A stretch of DNA of 64,000 nucleotides. Origin: Chiloscyllium plagiosum (taxonomy: Eukaryota). This document shows positions 52,890 to 64,000 of this stretch, one piece after another. Position numbers and translations under genes: made by a program. The stretch spans positions 35,665,208 through 35,729,207 of the forward strand of contig NC_057743.1 in NCBI RefSeq assembly GCF_004010195.1, read 5' to 3'. The first letter of the stretch is position 1. Each line of letters starts with the position of its first letter. The notes under the pieces were generated by a model. It saw nothing but the letters and a program-made list of their open reading frames with translations. It searched no databases and was not told the DNA's origin.

Positions 52890-53814
52890 CAGAGGAACCA
52901 CGATTATCCAAGTATCGATTATCCAAAGAAGATGTCAAGATCCTGATAGAAACATTACATCAAAGAGGTGTTTTCAACACTGATCACTTTTTTGTTTACA
53001 ATGATTAAAAACAAACTCGGCTTACTGAAATGTTGCCAAAAACAGTCCTGGACATCAATAGGAGACCAGACACCATCTCCAAATGATTGATCACCTGCCC
53101 TCCCTCTATCTCCCCACACTTTCCCTGGAGTTCTGCACTGGAGTGTACCCTTAAACCCCCCCCACCCTTCCCCAGATAATCTCTCCAACATTGCCCTGTA
53201 TAATATAAAGGTGAAACTTGTCAAAAAGTTGCAGTAAAAAAGTGTGTGCTTGTGCGTGTGTGTGCTACTTTGATACTCACCTACCCCCCCAAGGCAGCAG
53301 CAGTCTTACTGTTGGTGTCCAGCCCGGCTGCCCTAGTGTGCGTGCATGCTCCCTGTCCATGGCAGGGCCATAGACAGGGAGCAATGGTGGGGGGCAGATG
53401 CGTGCATGGATCGGACACACGGACGGGGGTCAAACGGTGGGTGGGGCGAGAGGGTGGGCGGTGTTGGAGGCACGGAGTTGGGGGTGCGCACGCGCGCAGT
53501 GTGCTGCTGCCTAGTCTCCTGAATGGGGAGCGGAATTAGCAAATGCTCATCGTGTCAATCCTATTGAACAGATTTTCTTTGGTGGGAAGGATGTGGGAGA
53601 TTTCCGCAATGCTGTAGGTACCTTACACACAAGTGTATGTCTGCTCAGAAACAAATCCTGAGACAGAGAGAGGGAGCAAGGCAGGCAGAGCGAGGAAAAA
53701 AGGAAACTTCAGAAATCTTCAAGCCCCAGAGGAGAGGCATTGAATCACTTAACTGAATAATCAATGATCCGAACGAAATAGTGCCAGCCCATTCGGATAA
53801 TCAAGATTCCTCTG
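52890..53814. mobile_element. Non-autonomous Tc1/mariner-superfamily (Tigger/pogo-like) DNA transposon nested in the PLE
   Basis: TIRs cagaggaaccacgattatccaa / revcomp cagaggaatcttgattatccga, with TA duplication (52888-9, 53815-6). Removing it restores PLE reading IILNRTQ-Y-IEKVNTLL. Confidence 0.9.
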
Positions 53815-54878
53815 TATTGTGTTCTGTTCAGGATGATGGTCATACACCTTTGTCTGCTGGTAAGATTACAATATTTCTGTCTTTTCCCGAGTCCTTCCAG
53901 GGCTTTCCTTTCCAGTGTATTGAGGGTGCTCCCTTCTTTCTTTCTGCTTAGTGTTGGTGCTACTGTCTGGCTGATGGTCTGCTGGATTTCTTCCATAAAT
54001 CCATTGTCTTTCAGGGTGGATTCCAGTGCTGCTAGGAAGTTCTTTTTGTCTACGTCCCTGTGGTTAAAGTTCATACATCACACCAGGCTTTTTCAGTGTC
54101 TGAGTGTGGTCGGTCCAACAGGTTCTTTATCCAAATCTCTGAACTATCTGCGTTATTGTCGAGAGAGAGCTTGGTCAGTTTTTCTTGTAAAGCCAGTCTT
54201 TTCTTTGTCTTGGTCTACTGTTGTTTAGTGTTGATGGCTTGTTCTAGCATACTTTTCCATTCATGGCCAGTCACATTAGTGTACAGAGTTTTCTGGCGTG
54301 AAATTTGTCATTCATATTTGTGGAGTTGGTTTTGGGCATCATTTACCATTTCTCATAGCATCCTGCAGCCATTCTGTTCTGCTGTTCTTCTGGCTTGTGG
54401 AGTGCGGAGAGGTGGTTTGTATTTGACACATTGTGGGGATACCAGCTTCCTGAGGCATTTGTATAGGAAGTACAATTGTTGGCAGGTGGCGCTCAGTCAG
54501 ATGGCATTGGTTTCCCATCTTCGGGCTAATTTGAGCACATTATGCCTATACATGTTTGCAATTTTGGAGATGATTTCTCGCTCAGGTTGTAAGTTTGCTC
54601 ACTGAGCTGGTAGACTTGTTCTCAGACATTTTGTCACCATACTAAGTAACATCATCAGTAACACCACCTGAATGCCAGACCTCCAGGCCTCTAAATAAAG
54701 GCACGCATGGGAATTCCTTGATGCCTTGCATTCAAACCAGAACTCCATTAACAAACACATCGATTTGGACCCCATTTACCAACCTCTCAGAAAAAGAACC
54801 AGAAGTGATATCACCAACCACAACAGACCAAGACACATAAGTAGCAAGCGGGATAGGCCACCAGCACTTCATCGGAGG

Positions 54879-54920
54879 CTCACTGATGATGTTACTGCGC
54901 ATGGTGATGAAACATCTAAG
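54879..54920 (+). ncRNA. Decayed hammerhead-like motif in the PLE pseudo-LTR (second copy on minus at 54621-54660)
   Basis: CTCA-CTGATGA-T-GTTAC..GTGAT-GAA-ACAT-C-TAAG, and minus copy CTGATGA-T-GTTAC..GTGAC-AAA-ATGT-C-TGAG. Consensus gives stem I CUCA/UGAG and ACGU. Confidence 0.65.
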
Positions 54921-57900
54921 AATAAATCTACTAGCTCAGCGAGCAAACTTGCAACCTGATTTACAAATCGCCAAAATTGCAAACATTCACCACTAAGGCA
55001 CATATATTGATGATGGCCTTTGGGCAAGATATTGAAGATAAGCAAGTGCCTATTTGTTTTCAGTACAGTTCCCAACATCTGCAGTAATTTGGCCAAAGAC
55101 TCTCATTCCATTGTCATCTGAATTTTTTCTTCAAGGCAAAAGTGGCATAGTATCTTTTTATGATAAGCACTTGATATGCAAACTTGACATAATCTAATGT
55201 TTGAGGTTTAAATGATACAAACTATAATCCAAACTAAATACATTTCATACAAAAAGCAGTACAGTATCTAGCTCTTTGCACAAAATCACATCTATTTCAG
55301 TCAACAATAACTTTCAAGGTAGTCTCTCTCCATTTATCGGAAGACAGCTATTATTTAAGTTTGGAATACAGAAAGATGGTTAGCAAACATATACGAAATT
55401 ATAGAACCCTGGATTCCTAAAGCATAGAGGGAGGCTCGCCCTTTGAAACAGCTCTCAAATTAGCCCCACATGCCAACTTTTTACGCATGACCTTGCAAAT
55501 TAGTCCTGTTCAAGTACCTGAGCAATGCCCAATTGCTCTTAATGCATTCTGGATCTTAATGATTTGTGTGGAGAAACCTTTCTTTAAATCTAGTAGATAT
55601 TGAAATTGTGTTTAAAAAACTGTATAAGTGTTCTAAGAGCTTTATCATTCCAATAATGCAAGCTAATTTACAACACACAAACATTTTCAGTTTCAAATCT
55701 TGGTTTGATAAAACTGCCCATATTTGAAATAAAATTAAGTTGACTCTCAGCAATAGAAAGCCAGAATCGCATGAGTAATTATCAAGTAGTAACCAATTGC
55801 CACCAGCAAATCACAAACATATTTCCGAGGTTATGGGTTTTCTTGTAGATGAAATAACTAGTGGCAAGTGGTAGATATTGGAAGAGCATTTTCGGCATAA
55901 CATGAGAATTAGCAATTTGTGAGCAGGTTCTTCCAAAATGACTAGTGATATAAAGAGCAAGACTGAATTAACAGTTTAATTCAACTACTGTACTAATTAA
56001 TTTGCCTTCAGTGCTCTAAACTGCACTTTGGAGTTAAATTAGTAGACAAGTATTGAAAGCACAGAAAAAGGCAACATTTCCAAATGTTTAACAGCCCCCT
56101 GTTGGGTGTTTCATCACATTCATATACTTTTGAACTTCAACAATCGTTGAAATTAGAATTTAAAGTGATTCAATGATTGTGGAACCTGGAAGTTAACTGC
56201 CACAAAAAGTGTTTATTTATTCCTACTTTTTACCCTTTAAGAGCAAACGGTGCAGAAAAATGATGAAATATTAAATCACATCAGTATGCAACTCCCATTT
56301 GTTCAAAGATATGATATAAATTTGAAATTTGACTCTTTTTGCAAAAATAAATTTACTGTCCTCTACTTTCAGTTGTGGTTAAAAAAAACTGATTACCAAA
56401 AAAGCAAGCAACGTTTTAGTGTTCAGAGCAAGTCAGCCGAACAACTACCACAAAATGTGCAATTGCAGAAATAAGTTAACAGAAGTTACAATTTTTACTA
56501 TAAACCTTGAAATCCAATGGCAATGCTCTGAAATCAAACATAAAAAGATTTTTGTTGCATAAAGTTTGTAATAACAGCTTCAAATTTCAGGGAATGGTCA
56601 TTTACAATGACATTACAGGAAACACAAGTGACGTTTGAATCTGAACTGTTCATTTAATTACTATGTCCACAATATGCAAAAGTCTAAATTGTTCCAAAAA
56701 TCTCATCAAAATTATGGGTCTCACATGTGTAGTGACAGGAGTAATAATAGCTTACCTAGGTAATCCTTTGGCTGAATTTAATTTGAACAGGTCAACTTCT
56801 CAAATGGTTGCTAATTATTAAATCACACAACCAAAAAAGAAAATCACAATATCATTTCCATATACCCTCATCACCCAATCTTGGAACAAAGTATCTTTAA
56901 TTATTTTCACTAACCAATAGTCACATCTTAATACTTCTGACATAATTTACATTTTTTTTAAATTCAGAGTCAGTATAGTACCATTTGAAATTTGTAGGTG
57001 CCAAATGATTTAATAACCACACACTAATAATTAGTTTTAAATGTTATACTTCTTGTAAATAAAATCAAACATTTATTTTTATTTGGTTTGAGTATAATAT
57101 TTCTCCAAAGCTTAAATTGGGCTAGTTCAGCATCCCATAGTGAACATAATTTCCTTTTTTCCAATAATTTCCTTCAATAAAATGAAGCACACATTGCTTT
57201 CATCAAGTTCAGTGTCTGTTCTTCTTCAAAGCTCAGAAATAACCAACTTATTTCAGAGATTTTTTACTGAAAAAAACAAATATATTATAGATTCCCCCTG
57301 AGGCTGGTGTAAATTTTACAACCTTCACTTCCTTTTCCATTGTTGTACAAGAAGGTAGACTGCTTCCCCATTTGCCACACTAAACAGCTCAGATCTAAAC
57401 TTTACATCAATCTATTTGACAAACACAACTTTTCTGCATCTAATATTGTATATACAGAATGTTTCAATTTTTACATGTGACAGTGAAGTTTAAGCTATAG
57501 AAAAAAATAGTTTATTTTACCATTCATGTCTTCAAATGTCACCTTTCAGAAAGAGAATTTTACCTCACTGCAGTTTAAATGTCATAACTGAAGCAGCACA
57601 AAGAATTCAGATCAATATGCCATGCCAAGAGATCTAAACTAATATAGGGAAAAAATGCAATTCTATTTCAACAGTAGTGCTTCATCTGAAGTGTAACAAG
57701 ATTTTTTTGTAAGTGCACTCAAATCAGTGCATAAGACTCAAAGTAATTCAATCCTAGAAATAGAATATTACAACATGCAACTCTAAAGCTGCAGAAGAAT
57801 AATTCTCATTCCGGAATATCAAAATGTTACCCTATTCCACTATCCCCACAATAATTAACATCTCCTTCACATGCACTATAAATGGCCATTTCCTTGAAGA

Positions 57901-57984
57901 ACTGGCATTTTTGTGATTCTGTCCTGATGAATGCAAGATTTGAAAGGCCAAAAGGAGAATATTGAAACTCAAGTATGTACATAA

Positions 57985-58740
57985 AAGACCTATGAAATTA
58001 GGAGCAAATATAGGCCAATCAGCCCCAAACGTCAGCATCATTACTTAATAAAATCATGCCAGACAAATTATTCAACCAACAAATTGGTCACCTACAATAA
58101 CTACTAAGGATCTGCCTACCCCAATTTTAAAATATTCAGAAATTCTGTTTCCATTCCCCTTTGGAGGGAAGAGTGTTCCAAAGACTGTAAACTCTAGGAA
58201 AAGGTTTCTCAACTTTTGTATGAAAAGGGTAGTCTGTAGTTCTAGGTTCTGTCACAAGAAAAAAACATTCTTTCCACCATCCACCCTGTCAAGTCCCCTC
58301 ACGATTTTATATGATTTTATCAAGTTGGCCTTCCTCTTCTCGCAAATTCTAACAAGCCGAGCCTGCCCAGCCTTGCATCACACAATATCTTTCCTACTCC
58401 AAGTATTACTCTTATATAACTCTGCTCAGCTTCCAAAGCATTTATATCCTTTATTAAGGAGATCAATATTCTGGCTATAGTCTCAGCAATGCTCCAAGTA
58501 AATGAAGCAACCTCCCTAATTTGCATTCAATTCCCCTCATTATAAATTATAACATTCTATTAACTTTGTTGCTTTCCTAGAAGTTGCTTTCCTACCAATC
58601 AGCAAATTTATCAACCTGCTAGTATCTTCATCCAAGTCATTTACAGATGCCATAAAAAGTTGAAGCTGCAGCATTAATCCTTGACATATCTTTTGCTACA
58701 TCTTGCCAATCACCAAATGACCAATTTATGCCTACTATCT
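57985..58740 (-). mobile_element. Old CR1 3' fragment
   Basis: atgaaattaggagcaaatataggccaatcagccc tail; catccaccctgtcaagtcccctca; cttcatccaagtcattta. Confidence 0.65.
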
Positions 58741-59421
58741 TGTACTTTTTAATGTAGACTTCCAGAGCTACATACAGAAACGTACATAGAGACACACTTA
58801 ACATTTCACCGATTCTTATTTAGCAAACCAATTATTGATGTTTACTGAAAAAAAAAAATGAGTGCTACAGAAATAAATTACAGAGTTTGGTGGTCAACAA
58901 TATGAAGTTTCAAGTGGGTGTATTTAGCAAACTGCTCTGGGAATTTAGGCTGCTTTGAGAACTACTGCAAATACACCAATACACCTAAACTGTTCCTCAG
59001 ATAAGTGCTCATGGGGCAGTTAAATATTATTTTGTTACATGAATTCACTTTACAAGTAAAGTAATTTGTACTTTGATACATTTTCCACCAGAATTACTCA
59101 GGCTTCTGAACTTGAGTTACTTCGGGCTTGTTGACTCATGAATGTGATCTCATGAGATCAGTGACATTTTGAGCAATTGTACTTTAAAATAGGCCTAGTC
59201 TTTAAATGGCATAAAGCATCCACTCGGTTCAACAACATTAAGATTGATCCAAGCCCATATTATCCTAATATATAACATTTAAATCTGTAAAATGCATTTC
59301 ACATAGAAGTTAAACAAAATGCTTTGAAATCATTTATCAACTTGTAATAACAGATGTTTAATTTTAATTAATTTGATGAACCAGTAATGAAATGATTTTT
59401 TTAACTGCCACTGTAAAATGA

Positions 59422-59521
59422 TTTAAAAATCACAACACCAGGTTATAGTCCAACAGGTTTACTTGGAAGCACTAGCTTTCGGAGTGCTGCTCATTCATCA
59501 GGTGGCTGTGGAGTAATCATG
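59422..59521 (-). mobile_element. Single-arm family 2 PLE-derived element
   Basis: 12-bp TSD actgtaaaatga (59410-59421 / 59522-59533). Minus motif CAC-CTGATGA-A-TGAGC-AGC-ACTCC-GAA-AGCT-A-GTG. Confidence 0.88.
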
Positions 59522-59702
59522 ACTGTAAAATGAATTATTCATTCTATTTATTACTCACTGACAATATGACCCTCATTTCAGAAAAAGTTGTGATTACAAT
59601 TAAAACTGTAGATACTATAAAAGCCAACACATTCGTTTTCCTAAAACATTACCATTTAACAGAAATTCCCCTCATTGTGAAATTCTGAAGAATGGAGCTA
59701 AA

Positions 59703-60010
59703 GGTGGCACAGTGGTTAGCATTGCTGCCTCACAGCGCCAGAGACCCGGGTTCAATTCCCGCCTCAGGCGACTGACTGTGTGGAGTTTGCATATTCTCCC
59801 CGTGTCTGCGTGGGTTTCCTCCGGGTGCTCCGGTTTCCTCCCACAGTCCAAAAACGTGCAGGTTAGGTGAATTGGCCACGCTAAATTGCCTGTAGTGTTA
59901 GGTGCAGGGGTAAATGTAGGGGAATGGGTCTGGGTGGGTGTGCTTCGGCGGGTCGGTGTGGACTTGTTGGGCCAAAGGGCCTGTTTCCACACTAAGTAAT
60001 CTAATCTAAC
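59703..60010 (+). mobile_element. HE1-type tRNA-derived V-SINE, well preserved
   Basis: A-box-like tggcacagtgg, B-box gggttcaattcc, V-domain gtgtctgcgtgggtttcctccgggtgctccggtttcctccc. The LINE-related tail gggccaaagggcctgtttcc is followed by (taatc)n. Confidence 0.93.
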
Positions 60011-63000
60011 CTTTAAAGGAGCTACGTCTTAAAACTGCAGTATTGCCCTATTACTAACAGCTCCCAAAGAGAACAGTAGTGTAAATCAAGATTAATGGTG
60101 AATAATCAGTGTCACAAATAGTTTTATTTGGATCCTCCTTTTGGAATAAGCGTCATCTGTTACCTCCTTTGCTGAATAATGCAAGAAATGGAATAGAAGA
60201 AATAAAGAACTGTGTGACTTGGTTTAGGTATTTTATTATATCAAAAGCACTGATGTCCTTATTAAAAAGAAATGCATCATTTAACAAAGGAAGTAATTTT
60301 ATATTTTTAAAGACTGTTGTTTGAAACATGCTCTCCCTTAAAGTGTAAAATAGAGTATCATACATCAACTTCACATTTCATCACACATTTGCATTTTAAA
60401 TAGAAGCATTATAAAAAGGCTAAAAGTTACATCCAATGTTACAGAAAAGCATGGGTTCAAGGTTTCAAATAATATACACCTTATAAGCATTTGGGTCGCT
60501 ATTATAAATCCATTTGTCAAACTTACACACATTCTCTCTGATCTATGCTTTCTGTGGATGAAAACACAGCTGTTGTAAACATGCCATAGTGCAAAACATC
60601 AAAACAGAAATGTAAATAGTGGAAGATATTTTACAGCGTACTCAACTGATACAGACAAAACTAGTTTTACAGCAGTAATTAGAGCTTGCCAATGAAGTCT
60701 TATTGTGGTATTTTATTCTGGTCACTAGGGAATGAGGAAAAAATGATAACAGGAAATTGTGCACTGTATATTCAGATCTTGCTTGCTGTAATCTCAGACA
60801 CACTGAAGAATTGAAGCTTAGAAACATAAAACAAAACTCACGCAAACACACTAATGCATAAACCCACTAAAACAAACAGACCAAGTCATTAAAATTTGTT
60901 ACTGAAGACCACTCGCTGATACATCACGTTCAACAGCCATTGAAAATACTAATGTAATCTTAGCCAATTCTATCATGCAGTCAGATCGAATGACATTCCT
61001 AGAGCTGCCTGCCAAGCACCAATTGCCAAAGTACAATAATCACTCAAGTACTCTAGGTTTCGGAAGCTTTTCTATCAACAGTTCCAGAGTAGTGTTTTTT
61101 TTTTGTGCGAAATGTGTATAAAACACTTTTTTGTCTTTTTAATTTTCTGTGTATAATTAAGACTGCTGGGTGGCTGACTAGGCATGCTGTGCTCCGTAGT
61201 GAACAGAGACACATGTGCAACACAGTAGCATGGAGATGAGACAAAGGCAATAAAGCTTTTTAGTTTCTTCACAAAACAATTCTTATACATAAACAGGTCA
61301 AGCAGGTCTTTCCTTTTAAAGTGGCCAGTGATTGCTAGATCTAAGGTATTGTGTAAACACATGATGAAAAGCTAATCACATACTTTGTCCAGCTACCAGA
61401 CAAAAACATAAAAGGCATTCCACTTTCAGACACTCCCACACAAGTTCTGCCACATTAGAAAATAGTGATAAAAGATAACTGAAAGGAAAAGGTTTTTGTT
61501 TCAGCTTTCATTTTTTTTCATGCTAGTCCTTCCTTTCAACCTAGTCTGTACAATCTGTTAATCTTCAAAATTCCTTGAGGTGACAGCAACAACTTTACCG
61601 CAATTCTAGCAGCTGTTCAGCTGACCCCAGTGGACCTTCTCCGTAGCCTGGGCCTAATCCAACAACCAGGCTAAACAATGTCAGCGCTGCTGTATCCGTT
61701 AACAGCCACAGCCCATGGAGAGAAGGCACTTGCTAACAAAGAGGCCTGCTGCTTTGCTTCTCAGTCAAGCTTGGCCAGGACAGGACTGCCAAGTTAAAAA
61801 GAGCACACCGTTGTACATGTACAGCAAAGGAAATCAGAGCTGAATGGTTACCGGAGTCAGTGCAGATTGTGGTTTCTTTCACACTCTACGCTCAGCTGTG
61901 CTGCAGACACTCCACATGCCTGACGTAGTCTTCTTTATCCAGACACCAGTGAAGGAGAACAAACCTCCAACAACAAGCACTAGGAAAAACCAGGACTGGA
62001 GTCCAATACACAAAGGAGCTGGATTGTGATTGATGACTGTTCTTAATGGCATGGTCAGCCAGAAAATGCATCAGCAAGCAAGATATTAGAGACAGTATCC
62101 CTGGAGTCATCTGCATCTCAGATCCATAGCTATGCGTGGAATATAAATGTACAACTCAGATGAACATATGCAGATCAAAAAGGATCGACGGAATAAAGAA
62201 CTGTCTTTTGACAATTCAAAGCAGCCAAGAAATGCACCTATGCTTTAGATTGCTAAAAGACTCAAAGCAAGCATTTATATGGCAGCTAATTAAAACATAA
62301 ATGTTGCCAAACTTCATGGCCATAAACAAAAGACACAAAATATTTTTTTTAATCAGACAAGCTTATCAACAGTTATGCCTCTCTCGCCCTGAAAGCATGA
62401 CAGATCAATAAAAACTGAACACCACGTAGCTTTAGCTTGCTGCGCTGAGAGACACACTGTACATTAGCCTCTCAATAAGAGCTGCCTCATGGGAAAAACA
62501 CTGCTTGAAAAATAAGCTCCATAACCAAGTGTCTTTGTAAGTGTTCCACACCTGTCATAGCATGAAATCAATCCCAAATTCCCAAAACCACAGAAGTAGG
62601 CATGCCATTTTCAACTGTGAATTAATCAAAGACAATTTTTCTAATCAACTATGGATGTAGTTAGGGAATAAGAAAACTGCAATGAATACTATTATTCTCA
62701 ACAACAAAGCGTTCATTAATTCTTGAGTACTACGATTGAAGCTCACTAGAGAGTGTAACATGAAATGCTCCAAAGTAGTTTGCGTTGGGTTTTTAAATAA
62801 CCTTTCACCAGGTCAGCAAATACAACCACTTGACTAAATTAGCATTAATACTTTGTTTCTAAACACTGTTTCCAATTGTTTGAGCCATCCATTTTAAAAG
62901 TGGGATTGAGGAAGTATTCAGGCAGGCATTGCAATAACCATATGCAATTGTGCAGCTATATTTTAGTATAATTAGGCATGACAATAGAACCGCCATAGAA

Positions 63001-63669
63001 ATCAATTGTTACTATGCATTAACCCTTTACTGAAAGTGGATGTGTCAAATTCAAAGTTAATGCATTTTTTAAATTGATTCTGCATTCAAGTCACTTCTCA
63101 CCAACAAGACAGAAAACATAACAATCTTTTGGAAAATAAAGCCCTTACACCAGTGAAGACGTGAATTTTAAAATCTCAATCTTAAAGTAGATAGGCCGTA
63201 TAACATTGCAATCTATTCACATGGGAAGTACAATACTTCTTTTTTGTAAAAAAAAGGATTACTGCATTCCAATGAAGAAACACAACTCCAGAAAAATACC
63301 TGACCTAATCCCCTGCATTTTATTATTCTCAATCAGTCCAGTGCATAACATTTGTCTGAAGTAGGTCATTTTTTTCTCAATTACTTAATGTTCAGCGGAC
63401 TGAATAGCAACAAGTAAATGTCTTGCTCTATTTTTATGAGTGGGTAAGGAACAGAAATATAAGCATGTTCTATTTATAGATTCAATTATTAAATGGTCGT
63501 ACCGTAAAAGATACTCATTTGGCTATTTTTATCTGCAGCTAATAAAACTCTGAACCAAGAGTAACATTCCCTCAGCAAATGGGTCAAGCATTTACCTGTA
63601 CCCCACAGTACTAACTTCATTTGTGAAAGCATTCAACGTTATCAAAATTATCTTTGGGTAAAATTCTGC

Positions 63670-63980
63670 ATTGGGTGAATGGGAGTAGACTTGCTTTTCA
63701 GCCAGAAAGTCAAGAATTTACACCTCAATTTAGAGACTTGAAAACAAAACTCAGCTGACATCTGCACATTTATCACATTCCAGATAGAATATTTTATTGT
63801 TTGTATCTTCCTTTTTAGTCTGTTTGTTCTCTCAAGTTATTTTTTCTGTGCTTTTGGAACAGTACAGAGCACTGCATTTTAAAGAGGTAGATGAGATGGC
63901 AGAGATACATCAACTCTCTTAGATGGATGGAAAAGATCCAATGGCACATTTTGAACTAGACCAAGAGGGTTCTCCCTGCC
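63670..63980 (+). mobile_element. Ancient Deu-domain SINE remnant
   Basis: gagacttgaaaac...agatgaga...ctcttagatggatggaaaagatccaatggcacattttgaa...gagggttctccctg. Confidence 0.55.
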
Positions 63981-64000
63981 TTTCAACCTACATAAAAAAA

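Larger units (their letters stand above)
51324..54981 (-). mobile_element. Near full-length Penelope-like retroelement with inverted terminal pseudo-LTR
   Basis: Minus ORF remnants: RYVDDTF..., NSILTGIKFTKEEENNNRLPFLD, SFDIK, QINGTPMGSP, and GIY-YIG YKIPCKD...HYIG...KLATRIHEHK. pLTR 51324-51510 is the reverse complement of ~54690-54878. 10-bp TSD aacattcacc (51314-51323 / 54982-54991). Confidence 0.93.
1141..64000 (-). other. RERE: Large 5'-UTR intron(s) of RERE; promoter and first exon probably lie beyond the window
   Basis: The acceptor at 1141 requires an upstream exon. No other host ORF or promoter-like CpG island is seen, and the sequence is AT-rich and repeat-dense. Confidence 0.7.

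Noticed and set aside
54060-54605. 181-aa plus-strand ORF
   Set aside because: Antisense to the N-terminal part of the minus-strand Penelope ORF.
59703-59775. tRNA gene
   Set aside because: tRNA-derived head of an HE1 SINE, continuous with the V-domain and LINE-like tail.

Overview
Vertebrate DNA, almost certainly from a shark (HE1-type V-SINEs, CR1/HER1-like LINEs, Deu-domain SINEs). The only host coding sequence is the first coding exon of RERE (atrophin-2) on the minus strand: exon 695-1140, ATG at 995, with an apparent non-canonical GC donor. The remaining ~63 kb is upstream 5'-UTR intron, with a 500-N gap and many nested transposons. These include CR1 LINEs, SINEs, two decayed Penelope-like elements (PLEs), a Tc1/mariner-type non-autonomous element, two LTR-like repeats and a CpG-rich 16/48-bp minisatellite. 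The most interesting signal is a set of at least eight short (80-250 bp), mostly palindromic inserts from several sequence families, seven with clear 11-17 bp target-site duplications. All carry a minimal hammerhead-ribozyme-like motif, intact or decayed, whose stem I covaries between families: stemI-CUGANGA-N-stemII-GAA-4-nt palindrome-H-stemI'. The same motif and the same 'both 3' ends pointing outward' layout occur in the pseudo-LTRs of the large PLE at 51.3-55.0 kb. This suggests a PLE-driven system of non-autonomous ribozyme-bearing hairpin retroelements. All family names come from by-eye recognition, not database searches, and boundaries of old repeats are approximate.
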